Below are positions 56,650 through 64,000 of a stretch of 64,000 bases of DNA, one piece after another; positions within the stretch are counted from its first letter, which is position 1, and each line of letters begins with the position of its first letter. Below the pieces are notes generated by a model. That model ran no database searches. It had not been told where the DNA came from and worked only from the letters and a program-made list of their open reading frames with translations. A program made the position numbers and the translations under genes. The stretch comes from an uncultured Ruminococcus sp. (GTDB lineage Bacteria; Bacillota; Clostridia; Oscillospirales; CAG-272). Location: assembly GCA_964434325.1 (NCBI GenBank), contig CAYSUO010000002.1, positions 6,086 through 70,085 of the forward strand, given 5' to 3'.

Positions 56650-57029
56650 TTCATATCCTTTCGCGAAGGGTCTCGCGCCGTGACGCGAGGGCACGCTTTC
56701 GGGCGGCGCACTTCGCCGCGAATTTCATCTTATATTTTATCATCAAAAGCGAAAACTTGCAAGATATATTACGAAATTCGGTATAAAATCGGGCGGGCGG
56801 CGAAAAATAGCAACAGCACACGGCGGCACGACTTTTTGGCGGGAACGAAGCGACCAGAGCGCCCATCGAGCGAGCTTTCCTTTATTGCCGCCGAGGAATG
56901 GAGATAGCGTGAAAATTCACTGATTTGAAACGATAAGCATCTTTATTTCACGCATAAATTCACCTTAAAAACGGGACCCGACCCCGTTTTTATCGCAAGC
57001 GACGCAGGTGAATTTCATTAAACTTTTGT

Positions 57030-57061
57030 GCCGCCGCTATGGCGGCGGAATGGAGATCAAT
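57030..57061 (+). promoter_or_regulatory. Stem-loop + SD cassette upstream of the sugar-binding protein gene
   Basis: GCCGCC-GCUAU-GGCGGC-GGAATGGAG-ATCAAT-ATG. Confidence 0.45.
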
Positions 57062-58138
57062 ATGAAAAGGCTGATTTTTGCATTGCTCGCCTTCGCCACG
57101 GCGGCGGCGACGCTAACAGCTTGCGACGCGGGAGACGGGGAAATCTCCGTTCTCTATTACACGTACAGCGACACCTATATTTCGAGCGTTCGCGGCGCGA
57201 TGGACGCGGAGCTCAAAGCGGCGGGCTACGAATACAACAACTACGACGCGAACACCTTGCAAACGACACAGACGGAGCAGGTCAACACGGCGATAACGAA
57301 GGGGAGCCGACTGCTCGCCGTCAATCTCGTTGACACGGGGTCTGACGATGCGGCGCTCAACGTTATTGCGAAGGCTCGGGCAGCGAACATTCCCATAATA
57401 TTTTTCAACCGCTCGGTGAGCGACGAGATATTGGAGAGCTACGAAAAGTGCGTTTTCGTCGGCACGGATTACGAGATGGCGGGGCATTTACAGGGGCAGA
57501 TGATAGGCGAATACATCAAGGAGAATTTCGCCGCCTGCGACATCAATGGCGACGGGAGGATAAGCTACTGCCTATTTAAGGGGCAACAGGGGAACGCGGA
57601 GGCGGAGGCGAGAACGCGCTATGCGGTTGAGGACGCGAACGCGATATTAAGAGAGGCTGGGCTCGGCGAGTTGGTCTTCTACGATGCGAGCAACAAAAAC
57701 GGCTATCTTCTGGATCAGGACGGCGCCTGGTCTAACGCGGCGGCGAACAACTATATGAAAACGATACTTTCGGCTTACAGCGAGAGGAACGGCAACATGG
57801 TGGAGCTCGTTATCGCGAACAATGACGAGATGGCGCTCGGCGCTATCGCGGCGTTAAACGAGCTCGGCTACAACAGGGAGGGCGGGCGCACGATACCCGT
57901 TTTCGGGATCGACGCGACGGAGGCGGCGAAGGCGAAGATAGCGAGCGGGGCAATGACGGGCACCGTGAAGCAGGACGGCGCCGAAATGGCGCACGCCATT
58001 GCCACGATAGCGAAGAATTTCATTGAGGGGCGAGAGCCCTTCGACGGGCTCGACGAGGAGATGAGAGTCGGAGAGCGGCGCATCAATATTCCCTATTCAA
58101 GCTACACGGGGGCGGAGGAAAATGACGAAAAGCGCTGA
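57062..58138 (+). CDS. Monosaccharide (CUT2, Mgl/Rbs-type) ABC transporter substrate-binding lipoprotein
   Basis: ORF track 57008..58138. Lipoprotein signal MKRLIFALLAFATAAATLTACDAG. Periplasmic-binding-protein type I features (AVNLVDTGSDDA, IANNDEMALGAI). Confidence 0.8.
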   Translation: MKRLIFALLAFATAAATLTACDAGDGEISVLYYTYSDTYISSVRGAMDAELKAAGYEYNNYDANTLQTTQTEQVNTAITKGSRLLAVNLVDTGSDDAALNVIAKARAANIPIIFFNRSVSDEILESYEKCVFVGTDYEMAGHLQGQMIGEYIKENFAACDINGDGRISYCLFKGQQGNAEAEARTRYAVEDANAILREAGLGELVFYDASNKNGYLLDQDGAWSNAAANNYMKTILSAYSERNGNMVELVIANNDEMALGAIAALNELGYNREGGRTIPVFGIDATEAAKAKIASGAMTGTVKQDGAEMAHAIATIAKNFIEGREPFDGLDEEMRVGERRINIPYSSYTGAEENDEKR

Positions 58139-59630
58139 TGCACCGCTCCTTGAAATGCGCGGCATATCGAAGAGCTTTCACGGGGTGCGCGCCCTTGACA
58201 ACGTTTCCCTTTCGGTGCGCGCGGGGACGGTGCACGCCCTGATGGGCGAGAACGGGGCGGGCAAGTCCACGCTGATGAAGTGCCTTTTCGGCGTTTACAC
58301 GGCGGATGAGGGACGAATATTTTTAGGCGGGCGCGAGGTCAGCTTCAGAAGCTCGAAGGAGGCGCTTAACGAGGGCGTTGCCATGGTGCACCAGGAGCTC
58401 AATCAAGCCCTATCGCTTTCAGCCGCGGAAAATCTTTGGCTCGGGCGCTTTCCGCGCCTACACCGCGCACTTCCCTTCACGAGCGACGCACGCGCCGTGC
58501 AAATGACGAAGGCGATATTCGATGAATTGGAGATAGACACCGCCCCCGAGGCGAAGATGAGCACGCTCTCGGTCTCGCGGAGGCAGATGGTGGAGATAGC
58601 GAAAGCCGTTTCTTACAACTCGCGGATTATCGCCTTCGACGAGCCCACCTCGTCGCTCTCCGATGCGGAGGCGAAAAAGCTCTTTGCCATTATAGAAAAG
58701 CTTAAAGCGCGCGGCTGTGGCATAATCTACATTTCGCACAAAATGGAGGAGATATTGAAGCTCTCCGACGACGTTACCGTGATGCGCGACGGAAAGCTTA
58801 TTGCGACGAGGCCAGCGCGGGAGCTGACGACGAACGAGCTCATACGGCTCATGGTGGGGCGCGAGCTTGACGATAGGTACCCCGAAAGGCGAAGGAGCCC
58901 CGCCGAGGAGCTGCTTCGCGCCGAAGGGCTGACGGGAGTTCACTCCATTTTGAAGGGGGCGAACTTTAAGCTGATGTGCGGCGAAGTGCTCGGGATAGCG
59001 GGGCTTGAAGGCTCGGGGAGGAGCGAGCTCGCCGAAGCGCTCTTTGGGCTTTCGGAAAAGCGGGGCTCGATACGCCTTTTGGGGCGCGAGATACGGAACG
59101 GAAGCCCGCGCGAGGCTATGGCGAACGGCTTTGCACTCATAACCGAGGAGCGGCGCAAAACGGGCATATTCGCGGGGCTCTCCATAACGGCGAACACGGT
59201 GATAGCGAGCTTGAAGCGCTATGCGCGCTTCGGCATTGTTTCGCGGCGCGAGACGGAGACGGCGACGGACGAGAGCATACGAGCTCTTCGCATTAAGACG
59301 CGCTCGCGCGCGGCGAAGATGGAGGAGCTTTCGGGGGGAAATCAGCAAAAGGTGATACTCGCGAGGTGGCTACTCACAAACCCGAAGCTACTCATTCTCG
59401 ACGAGCCGACGCGCGGAATCGACGTTGGCGCAAAATATGAGATATACAAGCTGATAGGGGAGCTGGCGGAGCGCGGCACGGGGATAATACTCATATCCTC
59501 GGAAATGCCCGAGCTACTTGGGCTTTCCGACCGTATCCTCGTTATGTCGGGAGGGCGGATCGCGGGTGAGCTGACGGCGCGGGAGGCGACACAAGAGCGC
59601 ATCATGGAGCTGGCGGCGCGCTTTGCGTGA
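58122..59630 (+). CDS. Monosaccharide ABC transporter ATP-binding protein (duplicated NBD)
   Basis: ORF track, 502 aa. GENGAGKSTLMKCL, LSVSRRQMVEIAKA and IIAFDEPTSSL. Second NBD has LSGGNQQKVILARWL and LILDEPTRGIDVGA. Confidence 0.9.
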   Translation: MTKSADAPLLEMRGISKSFHGVRALDNVSLSVRAGTVHALMGENGAGKSTLMKCLFGVYTADEGRIFLGGREVSFRSSKEALNEGVAMVHQELNQALSLSAAENLWLGRFPRLHRALPFTSDARAVQMTKAIFDELEIDTAPEAKMSTLSVSRRQMVEIAKAVSYNSRIIAFDEPTSSLSDAEAKKLFAIIEKLKARGCGIIYISHKMEEILKLSDDVTVMRDGKLIATRPARELTTNELIRLMVGRELDDRYPERRRSPAEELLRAEGLTGVHSILKGANFKLMCGEVLGIAGLEGSGRSELAEALFGLSEKRGSIRLLGREIRNGSPREAMANGFALITEERRKTGIFAGLSITANTVIASLKRYARFGIVSRRETETATDESIRALRIKTRSRAAKMEELSGGNQQKVILARWLLTNPKLLILDEPTRGIDVGAKYEIYKLIGELAERGTGIILISSEMPELLGLSDRILVMSGGRIAGELTAREATQERIMELAARFA

Positions 59631-59669
59631 GGCGCGGCTTCCACAAAGAAAGGCGCAAAGGAGATAGAA

Positions 59670-60779
59670 TTGGAAAACGAAAACAGAGGCGGACTGCCGA
59701 AGGCGGTGCGCGCTAAAATGCAAGGGGTGCGCGAGGGCTTTTTGCGCTTCCGCGCTCTTGAAGCGAGCGAAAAGCGGCGGCGCATTACGAATTTTCTGCT
59801 CGACAACGCGATGTATATCATAATAGCGCTTGCTATAATCGTTATAAGCATACTGCGACCACGCTTCCTTTCCGCCGCCTCCGTCATAAATATAATCTCG
59901 CTGACGGCGGCACGCCTTCCCATCGCCCTCGGCGTTGGCGGCGCGATAGTGCTGAGCGGGACGGACATTTCGGCGGGGCGCGTCGTCGGGCTTTGCGCCT
60001 GTATCAGCGCCTCCCTCTTACAGGCGACGGGCTACGCGAACAAGATGTTTTCGGGGATAGGAACGGTGGCGATACCGCTTGTTATTCTGACCGTTGCCGC
60101 CGTTGGCGCCGTCATCGGTCTCATCAACGGCTTCTTCGTTGCCAAATTCAAGCTCCACCCATTTATAGTGACGCTTTCGACGCAGCTGCTCGTTTTCGGG
60201 CTCGTGCTCCTCTATCTTCAAATAGGCGACAACGGGGGGCAGACGCTCTCGGGACTCGACGCGGGGTATCTTGAATTTATCAGCGGAGCGCTCTTCACGG
60301 TGGGCGGAATTGCAGTCCCACGATACGTGCTTTATTCTGCCGTCATCACGCTCATCATCTGGGTGGTATGGAACAAGACGATATTTGGAAAGAATATGTT
60401 TGCTGTCGGCTCGAACGAGGAGGCGGCGCGCGTTTCGGGAGTCAACGTTTTTGGGACGATACTCGGCGTTTTCGCCTTGGCGGGGGCGCTCTACGGGGTG
60501 ACGGGCTTTATAGAAAGCGCGCGGATAGGGTCAAGCGCCTCGTACACGGGCTTGAACTACGAGAGTGATGCTATTGCCGCGTGCGTTATCGGCGGCGTTT
60601 CCTTTGTGGGGGGAACGGGGCGGATTGGCGGCGTGGTCATCGGAGTTCTTCTCTTGCAGATAATCTTTGTGGGCTTAAATTTCCTTTCGGTGGACCAAAA
60701 TATGCTCTATATAATAAAGGGGCTCATCATTCTTTTGGCGTGCAGCGTTGATATGAGAAAATATTTGAAGAAAAGGTAG
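59670..60779 (+). CDS. Monosaccharide ABC transporter permease (MglC/RbsC type)
   Basis: ORF track, TTG start 6 nt after AAAGGAG. About 10 TM segments, plus NEEAARVSGVNV and GGTGRIGGVVIGVLLL. Confidence 0.85.
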   Translation: MENENRGGLPKAVRAKMQGVREGFLRFRALEASEKRRRITNFLLDNAMYIIIALAIIVISILRPRFLSAASVINIISLTAARLPIALGVGGAIVLSGTDISAGRVVGLCACISASLLQATGYANKMFSGIGTVAIPLVILTVAAVGAVIGLINGFFVAKFKLHPFIVTLSTQLLVFGLVLLYLQIGDNGGQTLSGLDAGYLEFISGALFTVGGIAVPRYVLYSAVITLIIWVVWNKTIFGKNMFAVGSNEEAARVSGVNVFGTILGVFALAGALYGVTGFIESARIGSSASYTGLNYESDAIAACVIGGVSFVGGTGRIGGVVIGVLLLQIIFVGLNFLSVDQNMLYIIKGLIILLACSVDMRKYLKKR

Positions 60780-60780
60780 C

Positions 60781-61359
60781 GAGAAACGTAGGTTTGAGCT
60801 TGCTTTTCACAAAAATACGGTAGAAGCAAAGGAAGTCTTTGCTTCTACCGCTTTTCGTTTGTTTCTGCCTAAATCGTCAGCCTCGGGAGGCTTGGCGAAT
60901 TTAGTGCAAAAATCGACGGCTGACGAGCGACAGACGTACAAAAGCACGTCAAGCGCGGAAACGTCGATAAAACGGAAAGCAAAATAAAAAGATAGGTTTT
61001 GAGCTTGCTTTCCACAAAAAATACGGTAGAAGCAAAGGAAGTCTTTGCTTCTACCGCTTTTCGTTTGTTTACGCCCAAATCGTCAGCCTCGGGAGGCTTG
61101 GCGAATTTAGTGCAGAAATCGACGGCTGACGAGCGACAGACGTACAAGGGTACGTCAAGCGCGGAAACATCGATAAAACGGAAACCGTGGTTTTCGTTTG
61201 TTTACGCCTAAATCGTCAGCCTCGGGAGGGTGGGCGAATTTAGTGCAGAAATCGACGGTTGACGAGCGACAGACGTACAGGGGTACGTCGAGCGCGGAAA
61301 CGTCGATAAAACGAAGACCGTGGTTTTCGTTTGTTTCTGCCTAAATGCGACAGTCTCTT
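60781..61359. repeat. Head-to-tail stack of 3.5 copies of the MITE-like repeat family (module A terminators + module B structured cores)
   Basis: The unit boundaries TAAATCGTCAGCCTC|GGGAGGCTTGGCGAATTTA lie at 60870, 61077 and 61209, giving periods of 207, 132 and 133 bp. The array ends with TAAATGCGACAGTCTCTT (61342-61359), which overlaps the stop codon of the permease gene. Terminator hairpins lie at 60817-60864 and 61023-61070. Confidence 0.85.
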
Positions 61360-62410
61360 AGCCGACAAGACCCGAACGCTCGATACCCTGAACAAGATAC
61401 CTCTGACAGAAGAGGTAAACTATAACGAGGGGCGCGATTATCATCATACCCGCGGTATTGTTGATAACGTTGGTGTAGAGCGTTTTCGCGTGGTAATTCA
61501 CCTGCATGAGCTCCTGCAAGGTCTGCGGCGGTATCGTATAGATATCGGGCATAAGCCACATACGATCATTACCCGTAAAGAAGAGGTTGGTATAAAACTC
61601 GTCCGTCCACTGCCACGAGAAGGAGAAAAGGAAGATGGTTATCATCATGGGAATGGAGAGCGGGAGTATTATCTGGAAGAAGGTACGGAGCGTACCCGAG
61701 CCATCCACGTAGGCGGACTCTTCCAGCTCGTCGGGAACGCCCTTGAAGAACTGACGCATAAGGTAGATATAGAGACCGTTCTTGAAGGCGAGACCGAAGA
61801 GAGACATAACGATGAGGGGCCAGAAGGTATTGCCGAGGGAGATGGACTTTCCGAAGATGAGCTCCAAAATGCCCTTATAGTCCCACGCGAGGACCTTCAT
61901 AAAGTCAAAGCTCGTGAAGTGCTGTTGAAGCGCGAGCTTCAAGGTGCCGTGCGGAATTATCATCGTTACGACGACGAGCACCATGATGAGCTTATTGCCC
62001 TTGAATTTGAATTTTGCCAATCCGTAACCGACGAGGCAGGATATCATCATCTGAATAAAGGCACAGCAGAGAGATAAAAGAAGCGTATTCAGAAGTGCCT
62101 CGAAGTAGTTATTTTCGATGATGAGGTACTTATAGATATCAAGGGTGAAGTGCTTGGGTATCAGGGAGACGGTGGGGTCGAGCACGTCCTCGATGGACAT
62201 GAAGGAGCCCGCTATTCTCGCGAAGAAGGGATAGAGAATGACGTAGGAAACGCCGAGCATCAAGATGAACTTGACGACGGTGACTCCCGCCTTAACCCAG
62301 GTGTTGGAGGCTTTGAGCTTTTGAGCCATTCTCTCCTTGAAGGAGAGCTTACCCTCATAGTCAACGCGGATCTTGTTTTTCGTTTGCTTGGTTATTACCG
62401 TGTTATCCAT
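61358..62410 (-). CDS. Carbohydrate (CUT1) ABC transporter permease, MalG-like
   Basis: ORF track 61358..62509. EAA loop ELEESAYVDGSGTLRTFFQIILPLS. Start at ATG 62410 behind AAGGAGG. Confidence 0.85.
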   Translation of the reverse strand: MDNTVITKQTKNKIRVDYEGKLSFKERMAQKLKASNTWVKAGVTVVKFILMLGVSYVILYPFFARIAGSFMSIEDVLDPTVSLIPKHFTLDIYKYLIIENNYFEALLNTLLLSLCCAFIQMMISCLVGYGLAKFKFKGNKLIMVLVVVTMIIPHGTLKLALQQHFTSFDFMKVLAWDYKGILELIFGKSISLGNTFWPLIVMSLFGLAFKNGLYIYLMRQFFKGVPDELEESAYVDGSGTLRTFFQIILPLSIPMMITIFLFSFSWQWTDEFYTNLFFTGNDRMWLMPDIYTIPPQTLQELMQVNYHAKTLYTNVINNTAGMMIIAPLVIVYLFCQRYLVQGIERSGLVG

Positions 62411-62421
62411 GCTGCACCTCC

Positions 62422-63372
62422 TTAATCCCTTCTCTGGTAGAACACGAAGGATGAAATTATTCCCGCGACTGCCGCAATTATCAGCATAACTATCAAGAAG
62501 TATATCCAAGCCATGGCGGTTGCCGTTTCTCGGAACGACTTATAGAAGTTGGAGATAAAGCTCATCGTCGTGTTCGTTGAGCGAGTGAAGGCGTCGATTA
62601 TCGTGTAGATGGCGTTGACGAGGATGATGGGCGATATCATCGGGAATGTGACCTTCCAGAAGGTTTCCCAGCCTGTTGCACCGTCTATACGGCACGCCTC
62701 GTAGATGGAGGGGGATATGGATTGAAGCCCCGAGAGGAAGATGAGCATCTGAACGCCCGAATAGTTGATGATATTGTAGACGTTGTTTACGAGCTCAACG
62801 ACGTAGGTGACGAGATCGCCGCCCACCTTCATGCTACCGAAAAGCTTCTCCACGTCGAGCACGGAGATGATGTCCGATGCGCCGCTACCCGTTCCGTCTT
62901 GAATACCGTTCTGCATATCGTCGGAAACCTTATCGTTGGCATTGATGCTGTCCATAAGGCCCGTGGATATGATGACGGGGATGAAGAAGATGGCGCGGAA
63001 TACTGCTCGCCCGAGCATCTTCTGGTTGAGAACGACCGCGATGAAGAGGGAGAAGATGATGATGGCGGGAACCTGGAAAACGAGCTCCTGGATACCCGAG
63101 AGCAGGCTCGTTACGAAGTCCTGATTCGAGAACGCCTCTTGATAGTTGGTGAAACCTGTCAAGACGAACTTCTGCACCGTCGTTTGCGTGACGGGGTCAA
63201 ACTCACTCGTTATGGAGCTGAAGCTGAGCCAGACCGAATCGATGAGAATGGGGAGATAGATGAGAATGATACCGAGAATGAAGGGGGCGGTAAAGAAGTA
63301 GCCCGACCTTGCCTTTCTCTTATCGAGGGACGCCGAATGGCGCTTCTTGGAAAGCTTTATCGTTTTGTTCAT
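62422..63372 (-). CDS. Carbohydrate (CUT1) ABC transporter permease, MalF/UgpA-like
   Basis: ORF track. EAA loop IYEACRIDGATGWETFWKVTFPMISP. AAGGAGGGA SD. Confidence 0.85.
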   Translation of the reverse strand: MNKTIKLSKKRHSASLDKRKARSGYFFTAPFILGIILIYLPILIDSVWLSFSSITSEFDPVTQTTVQKFVLTGFTNYQEAFSNQDFVTSLLSGIQELVFQVPAIIIFSLFIAVVLNQKMLGRAVFRAIFFIPVIISTGLMDSINANDKVSDDMQNGIQDGTGSGASDIISVLDVEKLFGSMKVGGDLVTYVVELVNNVYNIINYSGVQMLIFLSGLQSISPSIYEACRIDGATGWETFWKVTFPMISPIILVNAIYTIIDAFTRSTNTTMSFISNFYKSFRETATAMAWIYFLIVMLIIAAVAGIISSFVFYQRRD

Positions 63373-63385
63373 TTTTCATCCCTCC

Positions 63386-64000
63386 TTATCTTATCTCTTT
63401 GTACGTGTACGCTTCGAGAACGAACTCGGTGTCGCTATCGAGCCTTACGGTGACGGGGTAATTATTGTAGTTGAGAACGAAGCTGACCTCGGCGCTACCC
63501 TTGCGATACGTTACCATTGTTACTTTGCCGTTATCGATGGTGTAATCGGTCCTGACGTAGTTCTTATCAAATGCCGATGAGCTTGTGACGTAGCTGTACT
63601 TCGAGGAGTATTCAAGCTCCGAGAAGCTTACGAGGTAATCGCCCTCCGCCGCCTCTTTACCGAAGCCGCTGACGCCCGCGTACTCTCTCATATAGCTATC
63701 CGCGAGGTCGGTGAGCGCCTTACCGAAGCGCTTGCCCGAAGCGAGCTTTATCGCCTTCATCTCGGAGACCGAGAGGCGAACTCTTTCCGCGAGCTCTTCA
63801 AATATGGCGTCGGTATCGACGGCGAGCTTGACGCGAAGGCGATAATTTTCGGGGTCTCCGCCGAGCTCGCCGAATGCCGCGTCAATTGCGGCTTCAAGCT
63901 GAGAATCAAGCATTTCAAGAGCCTCGGTGAGAAGCAGGACGTAGTTTGCTTCCATTTCCGAGTCCTCGATGATACGCTCGCACACTATCGTTTTATGATC
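63386..64000 (-). CDS. C-terminal part of a large extracytoplasmic protein, probably the solute-binding component of the CUT1 transporter; N-terminus beyond the right edge
   Basis: ORF track 63386..63985, but the frame stays open to nt 64000 (..DHKTIVCERIIEDSE..). It sits directly upstream of the two permease genes. No family motif recognised by eye. Confidence 0.45.
   Translation of the reverse strand, partial: DHKTIVCERIIEDSEMEANYVLLLTEALEMLDSQLEAAIDAAFGELGGDPENYRLRVKLAVDTDAIFEELAERVRLSVSEMKAIKLASGKRFGKALTDLADSYMREYAGVSGFGKEAAEGDYLVSFSELEYSSKYSYVTSSSAFDKNYVRTDYTIDNGKVTMVTYRKGSAEVSFVLNYNNYPVTVRLDSDTEFVLEAYTYKEIR

Noticed and set aside
56920-56935. Catabolite-responsive element (cre) TGAAACGATAAGCA upstream of the sugar ABC operon
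   Set aside because: The central CG is displaced by one position relative to the TGWNANCGNTNWCA consensus (a 5+2+7 layout instead of 6+2+6). I do not consider it a supported cre site.
60869-61147. 92-aa ORF inside the repeat array. It shares RSSAVDFC with the 73-aa ORF at 16690..16911, and the 96-aa ORF at 39809..40099 lies inside the 44-bp repeats.
   Set aside because: The shared peptide is simply the translation of the repeated non-coding module. The frames are broken between copies, there is no SD, and the units behave as structured or terminator DNA. I treat them as artefacts of the repeats.
61251-61307. Hammerhead ribozyme suggested by CUGACGAG ... GAAAC in module B
   Set aside because: There is no stem I between the 5' strand of the outer helix and CUGANGA. 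The position that should be U16.1 is G. An extra G precedes GAAA, so the invariant G10.1-C11.1 pair cannot form, and one copy also has C to A there. It is at best a hammerhead-like internal loop and not a canonical self-cleaving core.
60781-61359. Possible CRISPR array. This was also considered for 39895-40125 and 15496-15656.
   Set aside because: The units are contiguous repeats with no unique spacers. Unit lengths (133-207, 44 and 40 bp) and the lack of any cas gene do not fit CRISPR.

Overview
This is a 64-kb chromosomal segment of a high-GC Firmicutes/Clostridia-type anaerobe. Supporting markers are the holB-ricT-...-rsmI and metG-tatD-rSAM synteny, a clostridial 2x[4Fe-4S] ferredoxin, PerR plus reverse rubrerythrin, NrdG, and a LysM/GH18-like gene. 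I call about 60 densely packed protein-coding genes, mostly housekeeping. They are:
- a TetR gene plus two tandem MacB-like fused ABC genes
- a complete 9-gene aromatic amino-acid (shikimate) supraoperon
- cysK, an RluA-type pseudouridine synthase, and a polar amino-acid ABC transporter
- dut, nrdG, uvrA and uvrB
- sdaA, an alanine:cation symporter, hom and eno
- queG, plsY, tsaE, tsaB and rpiB
- a CUT2 sugar ABC transporter and part of a CUT1 sugar ABC transporter

I saw no rRNA, tRNA, CRISPR array, transposase or integrase gene.

The items most worth a second look are:
1. An orphan PqqD, SipW-type peptidase, NTP_transf_5 and HD operon (35706-38341). It has no recognisable RiPP core enzyme or precursor.
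2. An IbrA/IbrB-like PAPS-reductase plus ParB/Srx pair on a more AT-rich islet next to cysK (17032-19026).
3. A modular, MITE-like intergenic repeat family with terminal inverted repeats, a terminator hairpin and a conserved structured core. It is dispersed at five loci and stacked head-to-tail 3.5 times at 60781-61359.
4. A recurrent stem-loop plus Shine-Dalgarno cassette (GCGGCGGAANGGAG) directly upstream of eight start codons.
5. Tandem repeats built from the 3' ends of genes (cysK, and the FAD-protein gene) and a 44-bp x5 array upstream of the LysM gene.

All calls rest on reading the sequence and on motif recognition. No database search was run.
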